Assembly: GCF_018350175.1 (NCBI RefSeq)
Contig: NC_058369.1
Span: 5,520,001-5,584,000, forward strand
DNA length: 64,000 nucleotides
DNA from: Felis catus
Lineage: Eukaryota
Direction: 5' to 3'
Shown: piece by piece, positions 23,462 to 35,854 of the stretch
Numbering within the stretch: position 1 is the stretch's first letter
Layout of the letters: the number at the start of each line of letters is the position of its first letter
Notes under the pieces: generated by a model
What the model saw: the letters and a program-made list of their open reading frames with translations, nothing else
Told to the model about the DNA's origin: nothing
Databases searched by the model: none
Program-made: the position numbers and the translations under genes

Positions 23462-23895
23462 GGGGCACCTGGGTGGCTCAGTTGGTTAAGCATTCGACTT
23501 CGGCTCAGGTCATAATCTCACAGTTCATGAGTTCAAGGCCCGCATCGGGCTCTGTGCTGACAGCTCAGAGCCTGGAGCCTGCTTCGGATTCTGTGTCTCC
23601 CTCTCTCTCTGTCCTTCCCCCGCTCACTCTCTCTCAAAAAAGGAATAAATGTTAAAAAAAATAAATAAATAAATTTAAAATAAAACAAAGGTCTTGGGGC
23701 TCCTGGGTGGCTCAGTCAGTTAAGCATCCAACTCCAGGTTTCAGCTCAGGTCATGATCCCACAGTTTGTGAGATCGAGCCCTGCATCCAGCTCTGTGCTG
23801 ACAGCATGGTGCCTGCTTAGGATTCTCCTCTCTCTCTCAAATAGATAAACGTTAAAAATTAAAAAAAAAAACAAAACAAAACAAAAAAAAAAACC
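23462..23895 (+). mobile_element. Two tandem Can-SINEs (23462-23690 and 23696-23895)
   Basis: Two heads, each with a CT tract and A tail. Confidence 0.9.
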
Positions 23896-24905
23896 TAATT
23901 AATCTTGCTCCTTAGAAATCAGGCAAACAATCGCCTTCAATTGTGCAATTGCCAAAACTGGTTCTATGCAGCTCAAGCCCTTATACTTTCAATGAAATAA
24001 GTCTACTGAAGATGTGGAAGCAGGCTAGCACTATGAATTAGAAATGCCTCATTTAGCAATGGGAGACGTGCTATTCATAGTGTGAATAGACCCAACTGAA
24101 GGTCACAGGTTGGTGGCATGCCATCTGCTGAAAAGGTAACTAACTTGTGGGAGCTTGCATGTGGCAGGCATAGCAGAAGTCCCACACTGGCACCGTAACA
24201 GACAGAGCTCTGCTGCACTCCTTTAATCCCTATCGTAAGGGCATGAAGACGGCAGCACTCTGCCCCCTGGAGATAAGGAAGTCATGTGCAGGCAGTAATA
24301 GGACAATGGCCTCAGAAGTCATCTTCCCAACTGTCAGCAGTCTCTGCAGTTCAGGGAACTCCCTGTGAATTACAATGTAATCCCCCCAAAATGGAAGTGT
24401 TTTCATTGTCAAATATTGCATCAAATCATTGTTTGGGATTTGTTTTTTTAATCTGTAATTCCTAAGTATCCATTCTATTAGGACTTGACCTCTACTTTGA
24501 TTAGAAATCAGAATCTTAGGGCCAGTCTGATATCAGCACCTGTGACCAGAACAGATGGATTATAGTCGCCAATTAAATACTAAACCCAAAACATCTTTAT
24601 CAATTTCCCTCTGTGATTACGTTGACTCACTCAAATCCCAGAACACAGCTCAAGTGGAAGAAGTCCCTGTTCTCTGCTGTCGAGGATGACATGGAAGGAC
24701 TGAGTATCTGTATGTGAGAACATCTAAGAGTACTGCATCTCAACACATCCTCCACTGTTGCTCCCCACGAGAACCTGCACTCGGAACCCTTTGATCACCA
24801 GGCTCAGAACTGTGGCTGCTGCCTTCCACCTGCCAGGTTACCAAGGACTTTGCCCACACAGCTCAGCACAGCCCCAGCTCACTTCCGTCGTCCGTCCGTC
24901 CGTCC

Positions 24906-25036
24906 GCCTCTAAGTCACATCACTCCACTCCTCAGAGCAACAACGTTACCTCCTTCCTGAGGACCGTCCCACCATCGGCCTCTAAGTCACATCACTCCAC
25001 TCCTCAGAGCAACAATGTTACCTCCTTCCTGAGGAC
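24906..25036. repeat. Tandem duplication with 72-bp period
   Basis: 59-bp block at 24906-24964 and 24978-25036, one mismatch. Confidence 0.93.
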
Positions 25037-26284
25037 TCATCTGTTTTGAGCAAACACTTTACCAAGCCAGACTCCTCCAACTCTTTTTATTAAAATTCCC
25101 ATACACATTATGAACTATAGGCTGGCTTGAAAGCACCCTGCAAACTCAGGCCTTTGTCCCTTCATTCCTGACTACTGGTGAGGACTTCCCTACATCTTTT
25201 TACCATTATCTAGAACAAGACAACCCCATGGAGAAGGACAGTTTATTCATGAGAAATATCTTTCTTTCCGGTTTGATAGTTAGTAAGGTCCATCCTAGTA
25301 AGACTCTCAGTTGCTCTAATTCGATCTTCACATTAAATGATACTGCAGGTCAGAAAAGAAACATTCACATGCAAATCTTCAATGACCTTCCTCAGGGAAG
25401 TTTATGTGTATAAGGGAAGCATCATCCCCACAGGTGGGGGTAAAAGAGTCCACCAACCCCTAGAGAATTTCAGAAAGACAGACTGTGGGGCTTCTCAAGG
25501 CACACTCTGCAGGCCCACTGAGGAGGGGCTGACGCCCACACGGAAGGCAGTTCTGAAGGGCAGGATCCGCCAGATACCGGGACCCATCTCCCAATATCAC
25601 TAGCCATGTGACCTTAGGCAAGTCACTCTCCGGGCCTCAGTTTCTGATGAAATGGTGATAAAAGTACCTACAAATCATGTGGTTCTTGCAAGGACTGAAC
25701 AAAACACACGGTTACAATGATAACTAATACCACTGAATTTCTGTTAAGGGGTCGAAAGGGATAGTAGATCTGAAATACACCAAAATTCTCACTATGGAAA
25801 TGCTGAGCTAAATCACTGTCTCTGCTCACAACTCCAAGTTCTCAGAGCAGGTGCTCATGAACTGACGCAGTCCAGCACTCCAGGAGAGAGATGAACTTGA
25901 TCAAAAACTCCAAAGAAACTAAAACTAATCCCTCACACTTGAAGAGGATTTTAAAGTGTGCAAAACATAACCACAAATGTGTCTACAGGATGCCTGCTAG
26001 TGCTGGAGGCAATAAAAAAGCTCTAGAATTTTCTGGGTAATTACTGGGGAGATTCAGAACACAGTTCAGTGGCTAAGGGGATTAACACTTACCTACCAGC
26101 AAGTCTAGCTTCGGAAATACAAACTTATGATTTCAAATAAGGCAGTTCAAAGACACTGGATTCATCAAGAAAAGTGGAAGGGGCAAATCTCATTCACTGA
26201 CAATGGGTGTGCTGCCTCACAGTGGCCCAGGAGACAACAATCAGCAGAGGGCAGGTGCACACAGGAAGGAAACCCAAGTCTTAC

Positions 26285-26362
26285 CATTTATTCTGCCCAT
26301 GTTCATCCCAGAGCCAAATCGACCCATGTTTTCCATACCGCCACCAAAAGGTCCCTCCATTC
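26285..26362 (-). CDS. HNRNPM: hnRNP M exon 12 (GMEGPFGGGMENMGRFGSGMNMGRIN)
   Basis: tgcag / gtaaga, 78 nt. Confidence 0.94.
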
Positions 26363-26819
26363 CTGCAAGAGATATCCACATTTGAGCACCATCCCAATGA
26401 GACCGCTTACACTCATCAGGAAAAGAAAGATGTTTTCGTGAGTTTCACTTTGGGTGTTTTCTGCCAGGAACTTCCTTACCAAGTGTAAGGACTTTGGGGG
26501 AAAAAATGCTAGTGCCCTTGCCTGGAAACCACCATCTTCAAAACGCTAATCTGATCCACCCCCTCAACAGACAAGTAAAAAGAGGCCCAGAGAGATGGAG
26601 TGATTTGCCCAAGGTCACAGAGCTAGTTAGTGAGAAAGCCAGACCAAAGCCAAGATACCCACTAGGAAAGACTGACAGGTAAAATTAATTTCTAGACTCA
26701 AACTTTTAGAAAACCGAAAGTGAGAATTCATGCAAGGCTTAAGGAAAAAGAAAGAGGAAAGGTGAGAGAAAACCATACCTAAAAGTGATTACATTTGTAC
26801 TTCATTTTAAATCTCTTAC

Positions 26820-26864
26820 CTCCCATTTTATTTATGCCAAATCCTATGCCTTCCATTCCCATTC
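26820..26864 (-). CDS. HNRNPM: hnRNP M exon 11 (GMGMEGIGFGINKMG)
   Basis: ttaag / gtaaga, 45 nt, symmetric phase 1. Confidence 0.92.
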
Positions 26865-28116
26865 CTTAAAAAGAAAAAGTCAATGCAAACTAAAATTATG
26901 TCAAAGTAGTAAGTAACGTTTGAACTTAAAAAGCACAGGAAATTCCAAACCATCAAATGAACAAAAAATATCCCTGATTAGGAGTATATTTTAGTTGTCA
27001 AGGAAAAGGGGGAAAGCGGTCCTACCATCTCCCCTGCAACACTATCACATTCCAAGAAACGTTAGTCTTTAACAAAATAATCACGTGACTCAAAATTCTG
27101 TAGGGTCCACATACAGTTTTAACAACTACCCAAATCAGACCACGTTAAACATGATATATAACTAACCAGGTACAAAGTGGAGAGCACTTTTTTATAAGCT
27201 TATTTTAGGGAACATAAGTAGATTTAAAAACCCCTTTCAAAGATAAAATTCTCTAAATAAAAAGCAGTTCCTAAAAACACCAGACTTTCTCCTTAGGTGT
27301 TAGAGGAGTGGCCATCAGACTGGTAGGGCCAGCTGAGGTGATGGCTGAGGGTGCTGAGGTCAGCCCAGAGTTTAATCTGGGAGGGAGACAAGGGATATGC
27401 AGAACTGACAGAAGTGGAGTGAAGGGGCATCCAGGCTGCAATTCAAAGGATTTCAAGAAAGACAGCCGTTAAGTCTGTGGTCATAAAAATGAAATCGTTC
27501 TTAATAGTATATAAACACCTCATTGCACAGAATGAAAATGCTGAACAGCAAAATTTAAAGTGTATTCTCCACAAAGTTTTTATTCATTAGCTATTTATCA
27601 TCTTGAACAAAGACAACACTCAACACCATGTCTTTGTGGCCTGTGACAGCTATGCTGTCATGCAATGAGGCCCTCCTGTGCTTTTTTGTATCCGCCAATG
27701 CCCCCACCTCTACAAGCCATTATCACCATCAGGCAAGAGCCTAAGGGTGTCTGGGTAACAGACTGCGGCAGTGCTGTAGTCCCACGGTCAGGGGATCTAC
27801 AGTGTGTCACTAACTGATAATGTGACCTTGAGCAAGACCAACTCTCTGGCCTGCCTCCTTTTATCGAATAGCGTTAACTACCTCAGCTCAGAAGGTCATG
27901 CAAGGACAAAATGCAAAAGTATAACTTTAGAAAAGAGGATTCAATTCAGTAAAAACACAAAATACTGCTTTTATCAAAATGAATGAGAGAGGAGTAAGGA
28001 AGAAATTCTGCCCCAATTAAATCTTTATTCCATTTGAAGCACTCAACATCCAATTATCCCAGTAATTTGAAAAACTAACTTCCCCAGAAATCTCCAAAGC
28101 ACACTGTAGTTCTCAC

Positions 28117-28218
28117 CTGCGGGTCCTATGTTTCCCATGCCAATGCCTTTATTCAGGTGATTGGCATCGATCGGCTGTCCTCCTGGGCCCAACCCCATGC
28201 CAATACCACCAAGCCCAT
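28117..28218 (-). CDS. HNRNPM: hnRNP M exon 10 (HGLGGIGMGLGPGGQPIDANHLNKGIGMGNIGPA)
   Basis: ttcag / gtgaga, 102 nt. Confidence 0.95.
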
Positions 28219-28551
28219 CTGAAAGGAAAAGAGAAAGTCGGAAGTGTAGATTCCACTTAGAAAACCATGACCTTCCAAAGCAAAAAGAGTCTTTGTTTAT
28301 ACTGTGTTGTAAATGTCACACTCCATTCCAATCCACCCACCTCCAAGAGCAAACCCAGGGCTTTTGGGAGCTATCCCTTTCAAGGCGTAACTTTTCATAT
28401 GCAATTGCAGATTAGAGTTTGTGCTATGTATAAAACAAAAGCAACTGGAAATTACAGAGAATTATGAACAACTCAAATGTAAGAATCACAGACACTTATT
28501 CATTTCCCCAAATCTCAAATTGAGAAATGTTTAATTAAAACAGGCAATTAA

Positions 28552-28960
28552 GGGGACACCTGGGTGGCTCAGTCAGTTAAGCGTCTGACTTTTAGCTCAG
28601 GTCATAATCCCACGGTTTTTGAGTTTGAGCCCCAAATCAGGCTCTCTGCTGTCAGCATGGAGCCCGCTTCAGATCCTGTCTCACCTTCTCTCTGTCCCCC
28701 CCCCCCCCATGCTCTCTCTCAAATAAACATTTTTTAAAAGGTTAAAAAGGAGGGGCGCCTGGGTGGCTCAGCTGGTTAAGCATCCGACTCTTGGTTTCAG
28801 CTCAGGTCTTGGTCTCAACATTTCATGGGTTCGAGCCCTGCATCAGGCTCCGTGCTGACAGTGCAGAGCCTGCTTGGGATTCTCTCCTTCCCTCTCTGCC
28901 TGTCCCCTGCTTGCTCTCTCCCAAAATGAATAAACTTAAACAAACAAATAAATAAGGCAA
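28552..28960 (+). mobile_element. Two tandem Can-SINEs sharing an outer TSD
   Basis: Heads at 28552 and 28752, with aggcaattaagg flanking both sides. Confidence 0.9.
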
Positions 28961-29712
28961 TTAAGGACATCGGGTGGCCAGCAGCGCAAATGTGCCCAAT
29001 CACCACCTCACAACCTGGTAGCCCAAAGGACTTTCCCCAAGAAAAAACAATGGAATAAACCAGCCAGTTAATACACTGGGCATACACTATTCTGACTCTA
29101 CAGGTGGTTGTAGCAACAATGAAACTACTGTTCTCTCCTGCCCAGAAAGCTTCCTAACCTGTGGATCAATACCCAGTCCGCTCTCAACTCCATGCCCACA
29201 CACACAAACAGGGATGTAAGAATACAGACTGGTCTCAAAAGAGCGAACAAGACCAGACAGTGCAAGACACTTGCGATGCTCTGAGCGACCCTGGCCTGAC
29301 GCTTAAACCAAGACCAGGTTTTAAATGGTAACCAAGTTCATTAAAAGTAATAATAATACCTTAAAAAGAACCTTGATGCCAGTTCCCAGATATTTAATCT
29401 GTTTTAACAGACTAGTGTTTCTAAATTGCATAGAAACAGCAAGCGAGAGATCACCAAGGTTACTTACTCCCTAAGGCACTGAAGATTTTGAAGTCAACCC
29501 TCTGAAATGTGCTGGGAGACCAAGAGTCATGGATAATGGGCTCCCTGGGGCCCAATGTGTGCCAGCCAAGGCTCTCAAACAGCCCTCATCCCACTTCCTC
29601 TAGGCACAAACGTCAGTAAGAGCCATCACTCTGATCCTGAGTGATCATGGCAAGTGACCACATTGATTAGGGCAAGGATATGTGGTACTTCTCTAAAAAA
29701 TATTAAATTTTC

Positions 29713-29934
29713 GGGGCGCCTGGGTGGCTCAGTCGGTTAAGCGGCTGACTTCGGCTCAGGTCATGATCTCGCGGTCCGTGAGTTCGAGCCCCGCGTCGGG
29801 CTCTGTGCTGACAGCTCGGAGCCTGGAGCCTGTTTCAGATTCTGTGTCTCCCTCTCTCTCTGACCCTCCCCCATTCATGCTCTCTCTCTCTCTCTCTGTC
29901 TCAAAAATAAATAAACGTTTAAAAATATATATAT
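29713..29934 (+). mobile_element. Young SINEC_Fc with intact CpGs and perfect TSD
   Basis: TSD atattaaattttc at 29700-29712 and 29935-29947. Confidence 0.93.
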
Positions 29935-30439
29935 ATATTAAATTTTCAACTAAGCCATCTATTCTTGAAGCCTCTGACCTCCCCTCGAAATCTGCCTCAT
30001 TTACGCTTCCAATAATGTTAAACCACAAAGGCACTCCTGTTAGTGTTCTTGTCTAGGCTCTCATTCAATCCATCTGATGCTGGGCCTTAGGCCTGAGTCC
30101 CCACTCCAGACCAGAGACACTCCCTGGCCCTCCAAACAGACACCCACCCCAACTGCCTCATCTGCTAGGAAGTTCTCCCAACATAGCACAAGCAAGCCCC
30201 TCCCCTCCCACGGCCACCCAACTCCCATGCTACCTACGGACTCCCCAGCCCTTCTTGCTGCTGGAGGCCGGCACTCTCACTGCTGCCTATGCCCAGGCTC
30301 CGCACAGCCCTGTGGGCTTGTCAGAAAGAGGGCCTAAGGCTTCACTAATATGCACCACTTCCATCTTCGAGGTGACTGGTCACCTAGTCTTCCCTGTCAC
30401 GGGACAGACTTTCACCTGGATGTTTCACGTGAGCCCATA

Positions 30440-30860
30440 TAAAAATATGGATCACCGTACTTCACATAAGATGCCCCCAAAGTGTACAGTTCAGTGATTT
30501 TTCGTACATACAACTATCACCCTCATCTAATTCCAAAACACTGTCATCACCCCAAAAACAACTCTCCACTTACCCCTCTCCCCTGGCAACCACTAATCTA
30601 CTTTCTGTAGGTGGATTTGTCTTTTTTTGGACATTTCCTACAGATGGAATCAAGGTGCATCCACGCCGTGGCAGGTATCAGTACTTGGTTCCTTTTTATG
30701 GCTGAGTAATGCTCCATCATATAAATTTACCACTTCTATCCATTTATCAACTGAAATCACGGTGCCAGGAACACCCACATGAATGTTTATGGAGACACAG
30801 TTTTCAGTTCTTCGACGTATACCTAAGGGTGGAACCACGCTGAGCCATACCATGCTAACC
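30440..30860 (-). mobile_element. Old L1 3' fragment
   Basis: Antisense L1M 3'UTR phrases (ctggcaaccactaatctactttctg, ctttttatggctgagtaat). Confidence 0.7.
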
Positions 30861-31204
30861 AATCTCTTCTGATCCCACGGGCAACCTGATTTTAATTCCT
30901 TTCCAGTTTCTGGTTCTTCCTTCCACAGGACACTTTCAAAACACCCAACTACATCCTAGAGGATGTAGTCTGCCTCACCACAGAGTAATCCTAACCACCC
31001 TTCCTAAGTTGTCAATCTCTCTGCTCGTATTTCACCCTGAAGAATCTACAGGGGGAAAAAAATTACCACAAACCCCTTTTTGAACCTTTCCCTCAAGAAT
31101 GATCAAGAGCACTGTAGAATCACATGGCGCAAACTCAAGGGTAAGTGTAGTTCTCCGGTCAGTATTGATCAAATTCAAAAACTAAGCCATACGGAGACAC
31201 TTAC

Positions 31205-31265
31205 GGGGAAGTTGCTGTGGACGCTCAGGAGGGAAAAAATCTCCCTTTGGTAAGGCCCTCTCATC
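31205..31265 (-). CDS. HNRNPM: hnRNP M exon 9 (DERALPKGDFFPPERPQQLP)
   Basis: ttcag / gtaagt, 61 nt. Confidence 0.95.
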
Positions 31266-32091
31266 CTGAAAGAGAAAGTGAGTAAATCTCAGTATTAAAG
31301 CACAGCTTACAACAACAACAGATGGAAACAACTCCCAATGACAGAGGACTAAATTATGATCCACCCATGCCACGAAATAACACACAAGTACAAAAAGAAA
31401 TACACAGAGTACTTGCACCCTTATGTAAAAAGAAGGACAAAAATATGCATCCACGTTACTAGGGGGGATGAAAGGGACCTGGGCACCAAGTAAGGGAAAG
31501 ACTCTCACGCTGTATCTTCACGCTTTTTAAGCCATGTAAAGCAATAATCTATTCAAAAAACTAAAGTGAATGCTTAAGGTAGCTAAAATACCCCTTTACA
31601 GTTCCCTTTATTTTCTTCTTGAATCTGAGCCCTCACCAGATTGCCCTCAGCATATTCTAGTCGTGCTTGTATTAATTCACTATTACCCTGGCACAGCCAA
31701 AGCAGGGATAATGTTTACAATGAAGCGCTTCAACAGACCCTGAAAGGCTGTGTGAATCAAAGACTTAGAGTCACAACAGATAAAATGCTAAACATTATGA
31801 GATACCCTGAAGAGTAGAACCCCATGTACATAACCGATCTTTGAACTTGATCACTTGCTTGAGCAGGATACTCAACTGATCTCCTGACCATGTCAGTTAA
31901 CAGGCAACTGTGCAAAAGGGAAATATATCTGAAGAGCTGTTTCTGCCATAAATTTGCTCAACATACTGCAACTTTTTTAACTTAGACTGATCCATAAATA
32001 TAGTATAATAGCTATGTACACTCTTAATATTCCCATGTTATTGCTAGACTTATTTGAATATATCATGGAGAAAGAGATCCTATTAACTTAC

Positions 32092-32141
32092 CATTTTCAC
32101 ATGCATTGGTCTATCAAATAGCAGTTGACCATTAAACATAG
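32092..32141 (-). CDS. HNRNPM: hnRNP M exon 8 (SMFNGQLLFDRPMHVKM)
   Basis: atcag / gtaagt, 50 nt, end of RRM2. Confidence 0.95.
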
Positions 32142-32961
32142 CTGATATTCCAATTAAGGCTATTTCTCGCAATTCTAAAAACATGCACAGGAGAAAAATA
32201 CAGAAGAGAAAAATGCTCCAACTGCTACCAGCCCCTCTGAGTAGTGAATTTATGAGCAATTTTGGTTCTTCATTAAACTTTTAAAATCTTTGTTTCTACA
32301 TTAACCATAAAAGCAACAATAAATAAAGCTCAAGGGACGGGGAAGGAAGTGTCAGCTTACTCCTTAGGTGTAGAGCTCCACTCACATAACCCCACACTTC
32401 TCACTAAACCATCCTCTTAGGTCCTGGCATCAGTTTTTTGTATGAGTCCAATGGGCCAAGTACCATATATTTTTTCAAGTACCACGTTTTCTGGGTAAGA
32501 TACACAGTAAAAGTCTTCTCCAAGTTTAATGACTGTGTTCATGTGTGGCATTCTCCGCTGTGACTACAAAGATAAAACTCCAGGGTAACCAGCTTAGGAT
32601 CAGAGAGAGAAGTATTTCTAGAATGATGTCAATCCATTGGAGAAATACAGCCAAGGACTTATACGTGAAATAACAACCGAATTTCTCTCCAGTGGCGTAT
32701 TCTTTAGACTTCTCCCTTCAAACCAGACTCTAAAAAGAGAACACTGGAAAAGACCACTCACGGGCACGGGCCTATTTTCTATTTATGCAGTACTGAATCA
32801 ATTCCATCACAGACAACTTTTACATTCCACAGTAATGCAATCCCTATGGTCATTTGGGAAATACACACACAGTTACCACTTCCTCCCCAAAAACCTGTGT
32901 TATTCATGCAATATTTAAGGCCAAACTGTTCACCAAGAGTTGAATTCTGATAAAAGGATAC
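32142..32961 (-). other. U12-type (minor spliceosome) GT-AG intron of HNRNPM
   Basis: Donor GTATCCTTTT, branch-like GCCTTAAT close to the AG, and no polypyrimidine tract. Confidence 0.9.
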
Positions 32962-33115
32962 ATATAGCTTGCACAGCTTCAATGGACTGTTCAAAAGTAA
33001 CAGTGCCTATTCCACGACTTTTTCCATCTTTATCCTCAAGAATGTCTGCTCGGACCACCACACCAGCCATACTAAAAACTTCCTTCAGCTTCTTCCAGCC
33101 AACTTTATAATCCAG
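32962..33115 (-). CDS. HNRNPM: hnRNP M exon 7 (LDYKVGWKKLKEVFSMAG..., RRM2)
   Basis: attag / gtatcc, 154 nt. Confidence 0.95.
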
Positions 33116-33238
33116 CTAATCAAGAGAAAGGAGAGAAAAATCTCAATGTAGACATCTCAAGAAAAAACATTTTGAACACGTAACATATTGAACACAATAT
33201 GCTCTGGTTGGAAACAAACATTTAAAAATAACGTCACA

Positions 33239-33698
33239 GGGGTGCCTGGGTGGCTCAGTCAGTTAAGTGTCCAACTTCAGCTCAGGTCATGATCTCACAG
33301 TTTGTGAGTTCGAGCCCCACATAGGGCTCTGTGCTGACAGCTTAGAGCCTGGAGCCTGCTTCAAATTCTGTGTCTCCCTCTCTCTCCACTCCTCCCCCCC
33401 TCATGCTCTGTCTCCCTCTCTCCTTTGAAAGTAAAAACATTAAAAAAAATTTTTTTTATTTTATTATTTTATTTTAAATAATGTCACAGGAGCGCCTGGG
33501 TGGCTCAGTCAGTTGAGGGTCGACTCTTGATATCGGCTCAGGTCATGATCCCCACGGTCATGGGATCGAGCCCCTTTGCTGAGCATGGAGCCTGTTTGAG
33601 ATTCTCTGTCCTTCTGCTCCTCTCCCCTGCTCGTGCTTCCTCACACACACACACACTCTCTCTCTCTCTCTCTCTCAAAAATAAATAATTAAATACAA

Positions 33699-33753
<55 letters not shown>

Positions 33754-33765
33754 AAAAAATGTCAC
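33239..33765 (+). mobile_element. Two tandem Can-SINEs with (TAAA)n tail
   Basis: Heads at 33239 and 33489, with an aaataa(c/t)gtcaca-like TSD seen three times. Confidence 0.9.
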
Positions 33766-34374
33766 AAGGACTTATCCCACCACAGAATTTTTCAGATACA
33801 ATTATGAAGCCTGGCCTTAACTGCTAGTCACTGTCTCTTTTCTCCGAAGAACAGGTTAAGTCACCTCATGCCTTTCAAATTAATGCTTACTCTGAACCCA
33901 AAAAAAAAAAAAAAAACAAACAAAAAAAAAAACTTTTTTGTTCCCCAGCTAAAGTTTACCATCATCCTTCCCAATGCATTTTTCTTTAAAAACATTTCCC
34001 TTTGCAAATGGCAAAGGCATTATCTTTCATCCCAAACACAAGAGGAGGGATGGAATGTCAGCTTGGTTCATACACTTTTTTGGCCTGCACCCGCAGGGAA
34101 TGCAGACTCAGCTGCCACTTTTATAACCAGCAAAAGCCAGTGAACATGACCCCAGTGGGAGGGACCATGGTCAAGCCTGTGACTGATCACTACAGGGTCA
34201 CTGTGGGACAAAGCCCAACTTCAAAGTTGTTTGTTTTTTAAACAGAAGAAGAAGACAGCATAACCCTCTTTTCAATTGTTCTCCTCCAATATCAGAACTA
34301 CTTTTATAACATATTAACAAAACCATCATAAAGTTCTGACTCTTCCACCTTAGACAATGTTCCCGTTTACTTAC

Positions 34375-34566
34375 ATTTGCTACAAATACTGTGCTTCCAA
34401 GTCTTCCAGCCTGTAATGCATGGATAATCTCATTTGGGATGTTAGGATTATTTAGGATACTGGGTGGGATATTAATCATTCCTGGGCCACCTGGTCCCAT
34501 ACCCATCCCACCAGTCGTAGCCATCACCTTTTGCATTGCTCTCCTGGCATGTTCACCATCAGGATC
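34375..34566 (-). CDS. HNRNPM: hnRNP M exon 6 (DPDGEHARRAMQKVMATTGG...STVFVAN)
   Basis: ttag / gtaagt, 192 nt. Contains an internal 117-nt GT..AG segment. Confidence 0.95.
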
Positions 34567-35667
34567 CTAAAACAAGCACAAAAGTGTTACATTTAACTGA
34601 CCCAGTGACAACGAAGACCACGATCTCACTAAAAGTGATATTCCCCAAACTCCAGAGATTGAGAGGTTGTTTGGCAAAGTATTTCTTGAAATCTATAACA
34701 AGAAATTCAAACGAACTCAACCATCAGGTTAGAAGAATTCCAGCCAAAGGAACGAGGCCAAAAGGAAAGGTGTCAAATTTAGCTATCAATTGAACTGAGT
34801 GGCAGATGACAAGATTAGCTGATAGAACACAGAACACTTCCAGACTGAAATAAGATCTTCACAGGCTTGGTATAGTTGAATCTCACTAATTTTCAATGGG
34901 GTTCTGTTAATTTCTGTTAACCCCATCAGTGATTGTTCCAAAAGTTTGAAAACGCAGTTCTAGATCACCGAGGTACTCCATCCTTCATGTTATGCAGGCG
35001 TCTGACTCGTGTAAGGTCTGGACAGGTGTATGAAACTCTGGCATTGACACTAGTCTTGAACTCTTTGCCCTTTCATGTGTCTCCTCAGCCCAAAGAAACC
35101 TTAGCCCCTACTGTGCTCTACTCTCTGAGCTCTGAATATATTAATCTTCCTCTAAGAAGGAAAGGTAAAAATAAGGGAGGGATTTAATCGTAAAAACTTC
35201 CCGCTTTCTCAAGGGAGAGAAGGTATCTGGTTTGGATTAAATACCAAAGTGGATCTGAGTAATGATAAACTCGCTTTAAAAAAGAAAAAAGGTGGGCTAA
35301 GAAATAGGGTTCAGGCTGGGTAAAACTTTAGGTGTAGAATCCCTTAACACACACACATACACACCCACACACACATACACCAACCAGGGGCTCAGTCCAA
35401 GTGCCCCTGATCAATAAAACAAGGTAGGCTGGTCTAAGACAAATCACAGACATCGGGAAGACAGCAGCTGCTCAGGACGTGCTCCATCATTGTTCCAAGT
35501 TCCTACAGGAGTTGACTGCTGAAGCCTGTGACTGGCCCTCTTCATTAAAAACAACAGGTTGGTCTGCTCCGTAAAATGTAGTCAAGGATTACTTTTGTCT
35601 TTTCCTAACTCCAAACGGGGACAACTCGACAATTATAAATGATATCCACATTGTTTCAAGAGCTTAC

Positions 35668-35761
35668 TTCTTTGACTTTCAGTGGTCTTCCACTCAGACT
35701 ATGCTTGTTTAGAACTTCCGCAGCCTTTTTCATGCTTTCTTCCATCTTGAATTCAACAACG
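35668..35761 (-). CDS. HNRNPM: hnRNP M exon 5 (VVEFKMEESMKKAAEVLNKHSLSGRPLKVKE)
   Basis: catag / gtaagc, 94 nt. Confidence 0.95.
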
Positions 35762-35846
35762 CTATGAAGAGCCAAAAGGAGATGAGTGAAACCGGTCCTA
35801 CGACTGAGAAGGCTCAATTGCCAATAAGTAACTAGACAATACTTAC

Positions 35847-35854
35847 GCACATCC
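35847..35854 (-). CDS. HNRNPM: hnRNP M exon 4, 8-nt microexon GGATGTGC
   Basis: ccaaag / gtaagt. Required to restore the frame and complete RNP1 RGCAVVEF. Confidence 0.9.
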
